Shown here piece after piece: positions 1 to 10,368 of a DNA stretch of 64,000 nucleotides; position 1 is the first letter of the stretch, and every line of letters begins with the position of its first letter. The position numbers and the translations under genes are program-made. Source of the DNA: Candidatus Latescibacterota bacterium (GTDB taxonomy: Bacteria; Latescibacterota; UBA2968; UBA8231). The notes beneath the pieces were generated by a model, which was not told where the DNA came from, did not search any database, and saw only the letters and a list, made by a program, of their open reading frames with translations. The stretch is taken from contig CBDCXV010000010.1 in assembly GCA_965223905.1 (NCBI GenBank), forward strand, positions 1,536,001 through 1,600,000, given 5' to 3'.

Positions 1-29
1 ACGCCGCCGCGCAGAGGGAAAGACTCGAC

Positions 30-1528
30 ATGAACTGCGCTGCAACAGTCCCCGGAGAGACGAGTCCCGGCGCCGGCTCGCCCATGCCATGGTTGCCGCG
101 GCCCATCCGCTGGCCTCGGCCGCGGGCGCTGAACTTCTCCGGCCGCGCGCCGCAGGCGGCTACGCCGGACCGCTTCAGCGAAGAGACGATGCAGACCGGC
201 ATCCTCGCTCCCCTGGTTCCCGGCAACGTCGCCGGCTGGCTCGCCCTTCACGAGACCTGCGGCAGCATGGAGCTCGAGCAGCTGTTCGCACCGGCCATCG
301 GCTACGCGGAGGGGGGATTCCCGGTGACCCACTGGTGCAGTCAGGTCATGGGGGGGGTGCGCGGACAGGCTTCGCGCTTTCGACTCGTCGGCCGGGATCA
401 TGCTCGACGGCCGCGGCAATGCGCCGAGGCCGGGGGCGCGGCTGTCGATGCCGCAGTTGGCCGCCTCGTCCCGGGCGATCGCCCGGGACGGCGGAGAGAC
501 CTTCTACCGGGGAGAACTGGCCGAACGTCTGATCGACGGGGTTCAGCGGATGGGCGGACTGCTGACGGCGGAGGATCTTGCCGGGTACCGGACGCAGTGG
601 GTGGAACCGATCAGCACGAGGTACCGCGAATACGAGGTTTTCACCCATCCTCCCAATTCCTCCGCCTTCCAGGTCCTCGAGACCCTCAACGTGGTGGAAG
701 GTTTCAACCCGGATGAACTGGTCCATCGGGATCCCCGGACGCTGCATCTGTTGATGGAATCCGTAAAGCTGTGCGTGACCGACCGCATCCGCTACGCCGG
801 CGATCCCGACTACGTCGATGTGCCGCTGAAAGGCTTGCTCTCGAAAGCCTATGCTGCAGGAGCAGCGCAAGCGCATCGACCCGGAACGGGCGGCCCTCGT
901 CGCCGGCGAGCACTACACCCGCGTTGCGCCGGAAGGGGCCCTGACACCGGGCGATTCGCTGGCCTTCGACGGCGGCATGACGACCCACTTCGCCACCGCG
1001 GACCGGGACGGCAACGTGGCAACCGTGACCCAGACGCTGGGGGGCGGCTTCGGGTCGGTCGTGGCCATCGGCGACACCGGCATCTTTCTCAACAATATGG
1101 GGGCCTGGTTCGACCTCGAAGAGGGCAGCCCGAACCGAATCGGACCGGGCAAGCGGGTGGATTTCGTCGTCGCTCCGACCCAGACCTTCCGCAAGGGGGA
1201 GTTCGTCCTGAGCATGGGCACCCCGGGCAGCTGGGGTATCCTGCAGACCACCCCGCAGATGCTGTTGAACGCGCTCGATTTCGGAATGAACGTGCAACAG
1301 GCGATCGATGCGCCACGGTTCAGGTGCCTGACCGGGACCCACGTCGCCATGGAAGAGCGCTTCCCGGTCGAAGTGCGGCGCTCGCTCGCCATGTACGGAC
1401 ACGTGGAAGTACTGGACCCGTGGTCACCTGGGGTCGGAGGCGCCCAGGCCATCGCGGTGGACACGGCGGCGGGTGTCTTACAGGGCGGCGCCGACCCCAG
1501 AAGGGACGGGTTCGCTTTCGGCCTGTAG
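30..1528 (+). pseudogene. ggt: Gamma-glutamyltransferase family protein, disrupted (frameshifts plus internal deletion)
   Basis: GGT motifs are split over frames: MVAAAHPLASAAG (89 frame); LNFSGRAP..VPGNVAGW (30 frame); FYRGELAE..HPPNS (400 frame); TTHFATADRDGN..FLNNM..GGADPRRDG (851 frame). Confidence 0.85.
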
Positions 1529-1750
1529 GGTGGGCGGCGGTGGCCGCAGTCGGGTTCAGAGCGGGTCGGGGGAGGAGGACTTCCTCACCAGCAGAGTGTT
1601 CTTCGGCCGACCCTCATCGGCACGGCTGGAAGTGCCCAAGGACCAGCATCTGCCACAATGGCCGGGGCTGCAACGGTGCGTACGCCGCGTTGGGATTTCC
1701 CCGCCGACGGAACCGATAGCCCGGCCCCCTTTCCACGATTTCCAAGCTCC

Positions 1751-3310
1751 CTATGCGGACGGTCGACCGCGCCGAATGGCGACCACGGCGGCGATGAGGG
1801 CCGCCACGGTAACCAGCTGGGCGAACAGGTCGCCGCGGCGGGTGTAGAAGGTCCCTGGCGACCCGATGGCGAGGTCGCCGACGGCCTGCGCCTGGGTGAA
1901 GACCGGGGTCGACTGCGACGTGCGGCCGTACCGGTCGACGAACAGGGAGACCCCGCTCGTCGCGCACCGGGCGATGGCGGTGCGGTTCTCGACCGCCCGG
2001 AACACCGCCAGCTGCGCGTGCTGGTAGGGACCGGCGGTGCGGCCGAACCAGGAGTCGTTGGTGATCACGACGAGGAAATCGGCGCCGCCGGCGACGTGGC
2101 CGCGGACCAGGTCGGGGAACACCGACTCGAAGCAGATCAGCACGGCGAAGTCCCCGCGCGGATGCTCGAACAGGGTGCGCTCGCGCCCGCGGGCGAACTC
2201 GGCCGGACCGAGGTCTCCGGTCAGGGCGGTCCAGTCGATTTCGCGCAGCAGCGGCACGAAATCCATGAAGGGGGTGCGCTCGCCGAACGGCACCAGGTGC
2301 ATCTTGGCATACCTCTGCAGCGGCCGCTCCCCCGAGAAGTAGAAAGCGGCGTTGTACGGCTCCCGGGTGCGCGGGTCGGTGTCCGAGGCCCCGGTCAGGA
2401 CCGGGACCCCTAGCTCGGCGACCAGGTCCTCGACGCGGCTGCGGCAGTCCTCGCGGGTGCGCACCCGGCAGGGGACTGCGGTCTCAGGCCAGACGAGGAG
2501 GTCGGGGCGCTGCGCGGCCGCCGCCCGGGAGAGCTGTTCGAGGGTGATGAAACTGCGCTCCAGTCCGCCGCGCCGCCATTTCTCCAGGCCGAGGTTGTTC
2601 TGCACCAGTCCGACCCTGACGCTCTGCTCCGCAGGGGCCGAGTCGATGATCGCGGTCGAGTACCACCAGGGGCAGGCGAACAGGGCGAGCAGCGCCGCGG
2701 CGCCGGCCATACCCTGCCGTAGACCGGGGCTGCGCAGCGTCAGCCACAGGACGACGTTGACCGCGCTCACCCAGAAGGATACGCCGTACACCCCGGTGAT
2801 CTCGGCGTACTGAATCAGCTCCACGGTCACCGCCTGGGTGGAGCCGAGCAGGAGCCAGGGAAACCCGAGCTCCCCCAGCGACAGCAGGTACTCCGCGGCG
2901 GTCCACAGCAGCGGCGCTGTGAGCCAGCCGGCATGCGGCCACGCCTTGACGGCCGCGGACAATCCGGCGCCAGCCAGCCCGTAGAACACCCCTATGTAAG
3001 CGGCCATCAACAGCGTTCCGGCGACGACCGCGGGGCCGCCTCCCTGAGTGAAGGCGACCCAGTACAGGCTGTAGAGGCTGAAGACGCTGCCGGTCACCCA
3101 GCCGCAGCGGAACCCCTCCTTCCAGTTCAGCCGAGGAAAAGAGGCGAACAGCGGCAGCAGGGCGACGAATGCCCAGGGCGAGCCGTGGGCCCATGCCATC
3201 GGGTGGTGGGGAGCCGTGGGAAAGGGCAGCGACAGCAGCAGTCCGGAGAGCGCGGGAGCACCCCATCCGCCCCAGGCCCGGGTGCGAAGGCCCGGTGGAT
3301 GGAAAGCCAT
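1751..3310 (-). CDS. lnt: Apolipoprotein N-acyltransferase
   Basis: Multi-TM N-terminus; VWPETA, YAKMHLVPFGE, ICFES, TNDSWFG, RAVENR motifs. Confidence 0.95.
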   Translation of the reverse strand: MAFHPPGLRTRAWGGWGAPALSGLLLSLPFPTAPHHPMAWAHGSPWAFVALLPLFASFPRLNWKEGFRCGWVTGSVFSLYSLYWVAFTQGGGPAVVAGTLLMAAYIGVFYGLAGAGLSAAVKAWPHAGWLTAPLLWTAAEYLLSLGELGFPWLLLGSTQAVTVELIQYAEITGVYGVSFWVSAVNVVLWLTLRSPGLRQGMAGAAALLALFACPWWYSTAIIDSAPAEQSVRVGLVQNNLGLEKWRRGGLERSFITLEQLSRAAAAQRPDLLVWPETAVPCRVRTREDCRSRVEDLVAELGVPVLTGASDTDPRTREPYNAAFYFSGERPLQRYAKMHLVPFGERTPFMDFVPLLREIDWTALTGDLGPAEFARGRERTLFEHPRGDFAVLICFESVFPDLVRGHVAGGADFLVVITNDSWFGRTAGPYQHAQLAVFRAVENRTAIARCATSGVSLFVDRYGRTSQSTPVFTQAQAVGDLAIGSPGTFYTRRGDLFAQLVTVAALIAAVVAIRRGRPSA

Positions 3311-3638
3311 GAGAAACACGGTAAGCCCGGTAAGGGTCTGGTTTGCGGATGGAGGGGCCCGGCGGAGGGCGGACGCAACGCCGCGAGCCGGGAGGGGGCG
3401 GCGGGAAAAGCGCGCAATATACCGGCCTCGCCGGCCGCGGGCAAAGCGGTACGGGATATGCTTGCATACCGGACAGCAGTGCGTCAGTCAGCGAAACTGT
3501 GACCAGACGGTGTCACATGTAAGCGATCGGAGCCGACACATGATAACGGGAATGAACGGCGGTGCAGCCGCCGCGGCGGTGAATCAGTCGCCGAGGAGGC
3601 CGGCAACCTGTTACGGCATTACGGCCGGCAGGGGGGCC

Positions 3639-4307
3639 ATGGCAACAGGAGAAGGGGGGGTGTCGCAGCTTCCGCGCGAACGGCTGGCGCGCGACGGAGT
3701 CGAGGCCCTGCGCGACAGCGAGCTCCTCGCTCTCGTCCTGGGGACGGGATACCGCGGCTGCAACGTGCTCGACGTCGCCCGGGGTATCGTCGAGAAGCAC
3801 GATCTCGGCGAGCTGATGTCCTTCGACCTCACTCAGCTGTCGCGCCTCAAGGGGGTCGGCAAGGCGAAGGCCGCCATCCTACTGGCGGCGTTCGAGCTGG
3901 CGCGCCGCGCTCTCGACAAGGGACTGGGGGTGCTGCCGATCATCAGCACTCCGATCGAGACGATTCCCCTTCTTGCGGAAATCAAGGATCAGCGCAAGGA
4001 GTACTTCGTCTGCCTCTACCTCAACGCGCGCAACCAGGTGATCCATAAGGAAGTGATCTCGATCGGCAGTCTGTCCGCCTCGATCGTCCATCCACGGGAG
4101 GTCTTCCAGGTAGGTGTGTATCACTCCGCGGCGAGCATCATTCTCGCCCACAACCATCCTTCCGGGGACGTCTCACCGAGCAAGGACGACATCGATCTGA
4201 CCCACCGGTTGCGCGAGGCAGGGCTGATCATGGGGATCGAGGTTCTCGACCACATCATCATCGCCGCCGGCGATTTCGTCAGCCTGAAGGAAGCCGGGAT
4301 CGTTTGA
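3639..4307 (+). CDS. radC: RadC-like JAB domain protein
   Basis: PRERL..ELLAL, VHPREVF, HNHPSGD, LDHII motifs; start chosen at ATG 3639. Confidence 0.93.
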   Translation: MATGEGGVSQLPRERLARDGVEALRDSELLALVLGTGYRGCNVLDVARGIVEKHDLGELMSFDLTQLSRLKGVGKAKAAILLAAFELARRALDKGLGVLPIISTPIETIPLLAEIKDQRKEYFVCLYLNARNQVIHKEVISIGSLSASIVHPREVFQVGVYHSAASIILAHNHPSGDVSPSKDDIDLTHRLREAGLIMGIEVLDHIIIAAGDFVSLKEAGIV

Positions 4308-4348
4308 CCGCGAGCCCCTGAGCCGTCCCGGCAGCGGCCTGTTTTGCT

Positions 4349-4377
4349 TTGATTAATGGTCTCCGATGAGGTATATT
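4349..4377 (+). promoter_or_regulatory. Sigma70-type promoter for the DUF151 gene
   Basis: TTGATT-N17-TATATT. Confidence 0.55.
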
Positions 4378-4400
4378 CCGGTGGCATTTCGCTAAACACA

Positions 4401-4456
4401 GTGTTAGCAGCCATTTATGTCGCTTAAGGTGTTAGCAGCCATTTATGTCGCTTAAG
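4401..4456 (+). repeat. Exact 28-bp tandem duplication spanning a start codon
   Basis: GTGTTAGCAGCCATTTATGTCGCTTAAG twice (4401-4428, 4429-4456). Confidence 0.95.
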
Positions 4457-5149
4457 AAAAAACAGGACGAGCACCTGATTCCGGTAGAGGTCTGGCGCAT
4501 CTACCCCTACTCGGAATCCTCCCCGCCCCAGACGTTTCTCGTGGTTCTCAAAGGGGAGGAGGACCGCTTCGTGCCGATCTCGATAGGGGCGCCGGAAGGC
4601 CAGTACCTGGTGATGGCGATGCAGCAGGTCTCCTTCCCCCGGCCGCTGACCCACAACCTGTTTCAGGATCTCCTCGAAAAGGTCAAGGGGGAGGTTCGCA
4701 GACTCGTGATTCACACGCTGAAGGAGGATATCTTCCACGCCTACCTGCTGATCCAGACCGAGGAGGATGTCTTCTACCTCGACTGCAGGCCGAGTGACGG
4801 AATGATCCTCGCCACTCTGATGGCAATCCCGATCTTCATGAGCCCCGAGGTGATGGAAGAAGCCGGAAAAGAGCTCGGAGCGATGCTGAACATCGCCGAT
4901 CTGGGCGAGGATGTTTCCGGCGCCGGCAACGGCGAGGACGTCGACCCCTCCCTGGTCGAGGTGGAAGTCAGGGAAGAAACCGGAGTGGAAAAGGAAGCGG
5001 AAGGGGCGGTCGAAGAGAAAGAGATGTCCGAGCTGGAGCTGCTCAAGGCGCAACTGGACCGGCTGGTCGCCGAAGAGGCGTACGAGGAAGCAGCCCGGCT
5101 GAGGGACAAGATCAGCAGGATGGAGAACGGCGGCTCCGATTCTTCGTGA
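4445..5149 (+). CDS. Bifunctional nuclease (DUF151/BFN) with C-terminal UVR domain
   Basis: PISIGAPE, PRPLTHNL, DCRPSDG; C-terminal LVAEEAYEEAARLRDKI. Confidence 0.9.
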   Translation: MSLKKKQDEHLIPVEVWRIYPYSESSPPQTFLVVLKGEEDRFVPISIGAPEGQYLVMAMQQVSFPRPLTHNLFQDLLEKVKGEVRRLVIHTLKEDIFHAYLLIQTEEDVFYLDCRPSDGMILATLMAIPIFMSPEVMEEAGKELGAMLNIADLGEDVSGAGNGEDVDPSLVEVEVREETGVEKEAEGAVEEKEMSELELLKAQLDRLVAEEAYEEAARLRDKISRMENGGSDSS

Positions 5150-5180
5150 GCAGACAGGAAGCCAGCCTCGAAATCGCACC

Positions 5181-5210
5181 AACCCCCGGCATTCGCGCGG
5201 GGGTTTTTTT
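5181..5210 (+). terminator. Rho-independent terminator-like hairpin
   Basis: AACCCCCG..CGGGGGTT followed by a T-run. Confidence 0.7.
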
Positions 5211-5231
5211 ACGACAAAACAGGAGGATCGG

Positions 5232-5687
5232 ATGACTTTCGCCAGACTCGCGGCGGCGTGCGTGGCCGCAATCGCACTGCAGGCGGCACCGCTATGGGCA
5301 CACTGCGAAATACCGTGCGGCATTTACGGCGACGAGCTTCGCTTTTCGATGATTGAGGAAGACATCACTACCATCGAGAAGTCGATGAGGAAGATCGTGG
5401 AGCTTTCCGGCGACGGCGCCAATGCCAACCAGCTGACTCGCTGGGTGAACAACAAGGAGAACCACGCCGATCGCATCAGGGAGATCGTTACGCAGTACTT
5501 CCTGACGCAGCGGATCAAACTGCCGCCGCCGGACAACGAGGGGCAGGCGGCCTACAAGAACAAGCTCGCACTCCTGCACCAGATGCTGGTCTACGCGATG
5601 AAGTGCAAACAGACGACCGATACGGCGAACGTCGACAAGCTCCGGGAGCTGGCTCAGGAGTTCAAGCAGGCGTACACGGCCGGGTAG
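5232..5687 (+). CDS. sodN: Nickel superoxide dismutase precursor with signal peptide
   Basis: Ni-hook HCEIPCGIY directly after a hydrophobic leader ending LWA; RWVNNKENHA, QYFLTQRIK; RBS AGGAGG. Confidence 0.92.
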   Translation: MTFARLAAACVAAIALQAAPLWAHCEIPCGIYGDELRFSMIEEDITTIEKSMRKIVELSGDGANANQLTRWVNNKENHADRIREIVTQYFLTQRIKLPPPDNEGQAAYKNKLALLHQMLVYAMKCKQTTDTANVDKLRELAQEFKQAYTAG

Positions 5688-5780
5688 GCGCCGTTATTTC
5701 AGTATAGTGGTTGCCAGGGGCGTTCGCGTCCCAGGAAAAGAGGAGAAGTAAACCCCCGGAGACGGCCCCGGAAGCTGGGC

Positions 5781-6353
5781 TTGCGAGGGACGGAGAGCAA
5801 TCCCGACGGCATCGGCGCGCGGGTCTCCGTTCACAGCGGGGGGCGGGTCCTTGTCCGCGAGGTCAACGGAACCTCCGGGCTGGCGCAGGGCAGTCGAGTG
5901 CAGCATGTCGGGCTGGGAAGCGGCGGACTGGACTCGGTCAGCGTGCACTGGCCCAGCGGCCGCATCGAAAGCTTCCGGGACATGGAGGGGAACAGGACAA
6001 CGCGGTTGGTCGAGGGCGAGCCTATCACCGCGGTGGCGGAGCCGGTGGTTCCGAATCCGGCATTTGCCCTGGCGCCCAACTATCCCAATCCTTTCAACCT
6101 GACAACGGTGATTCCTTTCAGCGGGGGCGCCGGGAGGATGCGGTTGATTGTGTACAACTCCCTGGGCCAGCGCGTTCGCGCCCTGTTCGAAACAACGGTG
6201 GCACAAGCCCGCGTCTTTCGGGTCGTCTGGGACGGGTTGACAGATGCCGGAGCGCCTGCGGCGTCGGGGGTATACCTCGCACGTCTCACTTTCCACCCTT
6301 CAGACGGCGGGGGCGTGCGTCACAAGACGCGCTCGCTGCTGCTGCTGAGGTGA
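5781..6353 (+). pseudogene. 5'-truncated ASPIC/UnbV domain plus FlgD-Ig/T9SS-like C-terminal domain protein
   Basis: Begins at LRGTESNPDGIGARV, then HVGLG..VHWPSG, then PNYPNPFN..WDG..ASGVY; no signal peptide and no N-terminal repeats. Confidence 0.7.
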
Positions 6354-6359
6354 ACGACC

Positions 6360-7112
6360 ATGCGAAAAATCCCTGCTTGCCCAGCTTCCATCCTCCTGAT
6401 ATTTACGGCGGTCCTGGCCGCGACTTCGCCGGAGTGCTTCGGGCAACCTCCGCAGGAGGACGAGTTCCTGGCCGGGCGGATGCGCATGGTGGCGCAAGAC
6501 CTCGCCGCGCGCGACATAACAGATTCTACCGTGCTCGCGGTAATGGCCCGGGTTCCGAGGCATCTGTATGTCCCCGAAGACCTGCGACGCTACGCCTACC
6601 GCGACAGCCCCCTGCCGATTGGCGAGGATCAGACCATCTCGCAGCCGTACATCGTCGCCTTCATGACGCAGGCGATGAATCTGAGCCCCGATGACCGCGT
6701 GCTGGAAATCGGTACCGGTTCGGGCTATCAGGCCGCCGTTCTCGGCGAAATCGCCGCCGAGGTGTACACGATCGAAATCGTTCCCGCGCTCGCGGAGCGC
6801 TCTCAGGCGTTGCTGCGCGATCTCGGGTACGCAAACATCCACGTGCGCACCGGGGACGGGTATTTCGGCTGGCCGGAAGAGGCGCCGTTCGACGCCATCA
6901 TCGTCACCGCGGCGCCGAACCACGTACCGCAGGCCCTCGTCAACCAGCTGGCCGACGGCGCCCGCCTCGTGATGCCGGTCGGCGATGCCTACCAGGAACT
7001 GATTCGCATTACCCGCCGCGGCGATACGCACACGACCGAGCGTCTCCTGCCGGTGCGCTTCGTGCCGATGACGGGACAAGCGGAAGCTGTCGCCGATTCA
7101 GTACATCGCTGA
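6360..7112 (+). CDS. pcm: Protein-L-isoaspartate O-methyltransferase
   Basis: VPRHLYV, QTISQPYIVA, VLEIGTGSGYQAA, APFDAIIVTAA, VRFVPM. Confidence 0.95.
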   Translation: MRKIPACPASILLIFTAVLAATSPECFGQPPQEDEFLAGRMRMVAQDLAARDITDSTVLAVMARVPRHLYVPEDLRRYAYRDSPLPIGEDQTISQPYIVAFMTQAMNLSPDDRVLEIGTGSGYQAAVLGEIAAEVYTIEIVPALAERSQALLRDLGYANIHVRTGDGYFGWPEEAPFDAIIVTAAPNHVPQALVNQLADGARLVMPVGDAYQELIRITRRGDTHTTERLLPVRFVPMTGQAEAVADSVHR

Positions 7113-7227
7113 TCTCAGGTACCCCCAGTCGGCGCGTCTCCAGCAGCCCCCGGGGGAGCGGTGCGGAGGCGGTGTCGCCGATTCAGTACGCCGCTGATCT
7201 CGGAGGTACCCCAGTCGCCGCGTTTCC
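7088..7227 (+). repeat. Imperfect direct repeat (about 55 bp, period 85) duplicating the pcm 3' end
   Basis: TGTCGCCGATTCAGTAC..CGCTGATCTC..AGGTACCCC at 7088 and 7173. Confidence 0.85.
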
Positions 7228-7262
7228 GGCTGCCGTGAGGGGGTATGCCTAGGCAGGTTGTC

Positions 7263-8219
7263 CTATATGCGTCCGGATACCGAAAGTCTGTGGACAATGC
7301 CCAGCGAGGGGTAGGATGCGTAGGCGTAATCGAGCCGGTAACGCTGGAGCTCGACGCCGGCGCCCGCGGTTAGTCCGATTGCGTCCTCCCCCTGCTCACC
7401 GGTCTGCTGCAGGCTGTACCCGGGACGCAGGAACAGCGTGTTCCCGACCTGCAACTCGGCACCGAAGGCGAAGAACGGGTCGCCGTCATTAGGCAGGTTA
7501 ACGTCAGCGAGCAGGATCAGGGGCAGGGGGGCGTGTGCCGGACGATGGGAGATGCCGGCCCGGACGACCACCGGCAGCGAGTCCTTGAAGCCGCCGGTGT
7601 AGCCGCTACGCACGCCACCCATGTTGGAGATCGAGACTCCCAGTTTCATTCCCTTGATCGGTCCGTCGGCGAGGAGGCCGAGGTCCAGGGCATAGGCGTC
7701 GGAGGTGTAGTCCTGGATGCTCGAGTAGATCACCTTGAGGCTTGCTCCCACTACGAGGCGGCGCCATACCCTCTGGGCGGCAGTCACCGAGGTGGCGAGC
7801 TCGAAGGCGCCGAAGCTTCCCAGGTCCTGGCCGTCGGCATCGGTGTGCCGCATCGTGCCGTAGGAGAAGTAGTTGACGCTTCCCGCCCAGACGCGGCTCT
7901 CGCCGGGAACGGCGATGCTGATGAACCCGGCCTCGGTGTCGACGAGATAGCTGGCCAGAGAGACGACCCCGGCCCGTTGGCTCAGGCCGTGCAGTCCCGC
8001 GGGGTTGAAGGCGCTGGCTTCCATCTCTCCGGCAACCGCGGCGTAGGCACCGCCGAGTGCGGTGGCCCTGGCGCCCACGGGGATCTTGAGAAAGTTGAAC
8101 CCGGTCGTACCGGCGTTTTCGTTGATTGCGAGCGCGGGTTGCGATGCCGGGAAGAGGGCGAGGAGGGCGGCAAAGGCGACGGCGGCAACTCGCATGGGAA
8201 GGTGTTGCACGAGGGTCAT
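7263..8219 (-). CDS. PorV/PorQ-like (UPF0164) outer-membrane beta-barrel
   Basis: Signal peptide, then [36 protein letters not shown]; ATGA overlap with gatA. Confidence 0.8.
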   Translation of the reverse strand: MTLVQHLPMRVAAVAFAALLALFPASQPALAINENAGTTGFNFLKIPVGARATALGGAYAAVAGEMEASAFNPAGLHGLSQRAGVVSLASYLVDTEAGFISIAVPGESRVWAGSVNYFSYGTMRHTDADGQDLGSFGAFELATSVTAAQRVWRRLVVGASLKVIYSSIQDYTSDAYALDLGLLADGPIKGMKLGVSISNMGGVRSGYTGGFKDSLPVVVRAGISHRPAHAPLPLILLADVNLPNDGDPFFAFGAELQVGNTLFLRPGYSLQQTGEQGEDAIGLTAGAGVELQRYRLDYAYASYPSLGIVHRLSVSGRI

Positions 8220-9664
8220 GCGCAGATCTCTTCGAGGTTGCGGGCGGCTCGAAGCATGGCCGCCTCGTGAAATGGGGGAGCCAGAAGCTGCGCCCCGATC
8301 GGAAGCCCTTCGCCGGATGTGGTCAGCGGCACGGCGATGCCGGGCAGCCCGGCGAGGTTCACGGATACCGTGTATATGTCGTTGAGGTACATCTCCAGCG
8401 GATCGTCGAGCTGCTCCCCGAGGCGGAAGGCGGTGGTCGGGGCCACCGGCGACAGGATGACGTCGCACGACTCGAAGGCGCGCTCGAAGTCGCGCCGTAT
8501 GAGGGTGCGGACTTTCTGCGCCTTGAGGTAGTAGGCGTCGTAGTAGCCGGCGCTGAGCACGTAGGTCCCCAGGGCGATGCGGCGCTTCACTTCGGCACCG
8601 AAGCCGCGGCTGCGGGAGGCGCGGTACATCTCGCCGAGATCCTCCCTGCCGTTGGCGCAACGGGTTCCGTACTTGACCCCGTCGTAGCGGGCGAGGTTGG
8701 CCGATGCCTCGGCCATGGCGATGATGTAGTAGGAGCTGATGCAGTATTCCGGGTGCGCGGCAACCTCGAGCGACACGTCGACCAGCTCGGCCCCGTTCGC
8801 CTCCATGGCCGCGGCCGCCTTCTCGACGGCGGCGCGAATCTCCGGGTCCAGTCCGGTGGCGAAATGCTGCCTGACCATGCCGACCTTCAGCCCGTCGAGC
8901 CCTCCCTCGAGCCCGGCGACGTAGTCGGGCACCGGCTCGTCGACCGAGGTGGAGTCGCGCGGGTCGCGGCCGGCGATCGCCCCCAGCAGCAGGGCCGCAT
9001 CTTCGACGTCCCTGGTGACGCAGCCGATCTGATCGAGTGAGGAAGCGTACGCCACCAGCCCGTAGCGGGAAACGCGGCCGTAGGTCGGCTTGACCCCGAC
9101 GACGCCGCAGTACGAGGCTGGTTGCCGCACCGAGCCTCCGGTATCGGATCCCAGGGCGGCGATCGCTTCTTGCGCCGCCACCGCCGCGGCCGAACCCCCG
9201 CTGCTGCCACCGGCGACGCGGCTGCTGTCTACGGGATTGCGCACCGGCCCGAAGATGGTGTTCTCGCTCGAGGAGCCCATGGCGAACTCGTCCATGTTGG
9301 TCTTGCCGAGGAGGACGGCGTCGGCGGCGCGGAGCCTTGACACCGCACCGGCGTCGTAGGGGGCGACGTAATCCCGCAATATCCCGCTGGCGCAGGTGGT
9401 CCGCCCGCCGCGCACGCAGATCACGTCCTTGACGGCGATCGGAACTCCTGCCATAGGCCCCAACTCCTCTCCCGCCGCCTTTCTGCGGTCGATCCGTTCG
9501 GCTTCGGAGAGGGCGCCTTCGGCATCGACCGAGACGTATGCGTTTATCACGGGGTCGACTTCGTCGATCCGGTCGAGCACCGCCCGGGTGATCTCGACCG
9601 AGGTCGCCGCGCCCGTCCTGATCTGATCGGCCGCGGCGCTCGCGGTCAGCTGGTGGGAGGACAC
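8216..9664 (-). CDS. gatA: Asp/Glu-tRNA amidotransferase subunit A
   Basis: [46 protein letters not shown]. Confidence 0.96.
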   Translation of the reverse strand: MSSHQLTASAAADQIRTGAATSVEITRAVLDRIDEVDPVINAYVSVDAEGALSEAERIDRRKAAGEELGPMAGVPIAVKDVICVRGGRTTCASGILRDYVAPYDAGAVSRLRAADAVLLGKTNMDEFAMGSSSENTIFGPVRNPVDSSRVAGGSSGGSAAAVAAQEAIAALGSDTGGSVRQPASYCGVVGVKPTYGRVSRYGLVAYASSLDQIGCVTRDVEDAALLLGAIAGRDPRDSTSVDEPVPDYVAGLEGGLDGLKVGMVRQHFATGLDPEIRAAVEKAAAAMEANGAELVDVSLEVAAHPEYCISSYYIIAMAEASANLARYDGVKYGTRCANGREDLGEMYRASRSRGFGAEVKRRIALGTYVLSAGYYDAYYLKAQKVRTLIRRDFERAFESCDVILSPVAPTTAFRLGEQLDDPLEMYLNDIYTVSVNLAGLPGIAVPLTTSGEGLPIGAQLLAPPFHEAAMLRAARNLEEICA

Positions 9665-9725
9665 GGTCGTAGTACGGCGTGTTGTTTCGATGCAGCAGCC
9701 GGGTGGGGTTCGCGCGTTCGCCAGA

Positions 9726-10031
9726 TCAGCTCCGCTGCTGGGTCTCTTCGGTCTTTTCGCCCTCCCCGGGAGCCGCGGGTGAGGCTTCCTTGCCCCGGTC
9801 AGCCGCCCCTTGCCGCGCGACCTGATCGGCCGGGCTTTCGGGCGCTTTGGGGGCAGAGTTAGAGACGGTGTTGGCGATGTCGACTTCGTCCTGGACGTCG
9901 CGCACGGCCTTGCGGAATTCACGAATGCCCTTGCCCATGCCCTGCGCCATCTCTGGAATCCGCTTGGCGCCGAAAATCAGCAGGACGACCAGGAAGATTA
10001 TGAGTATTTCCCAATGACCCATGCCGAACAT
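9726..10031 (-). CDS. tatA: Twin-arginine translocase TatA/TatE
   Basis: [30 protein letters not shown]. Confidence 0.93.
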   Translation of the reverse strand: MFGMGHWEILIIFLVVLLIFGAKRIPEMAQGMGKGIREFRKAVRDVQDEVDIANTVSNSAPKAPESPADQVARQGAADRGKEASPAAPGEGEKTEETQQRS

Positions 10032-10071
10032 TGCTGTCCTCCGATCGGAATTGGAACGCCACCGACGTCTG

Positions 10072-10353
10072 TCAATAAGAGTACTTGAAATAGTACCACC
10101 CGGCGAGGATGCCGAGCAGGGTGATGACGTTGAAGTGCAAAGCGAGCTTGAACTCGAACGACAGGATAATCAGGTTCAGCATGTGGGGGCCGACAGACCA
10201 ATTGACGTAATTGAGCAAGGCGCGCTCGACGATAGTGCCGTCCCCGACCGCCAGGTGCAGAAGTTGGCGAAGTGCTTCGCCGATCACGTTGGCGCCGAGG
10301 ACGCAGAGGAACAGTACGAGGATGAGGTGAAATGCGGATTTTTCCCTGAGCAT
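10072..10353 (-). CDS. Small membrane protein (DUF4321-like)
   Basis: 93 aa with hydrophobic segments; lies in the operon between pssA and tatA. Confidence 0.65.
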   Translation of the reverse strand: MLREKSAFHLILVLFLCVLGANVIGEALRQLLHLAVGDGTIVERALLNYVNWSVGPHMLNLIILSFEFKLALHFNVITLLGILAGWYYFKYSY

Positions 10354-10368
10354 GCGCCGCGCCGACGG

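Noticed and set aside
5150-5231. NiCo riboswitch upstream of sodN
   Set aside because: Only about 30 nt lie between the upstream stop and the hairpin, and no recognisable four-way-junction aptamer is visible.
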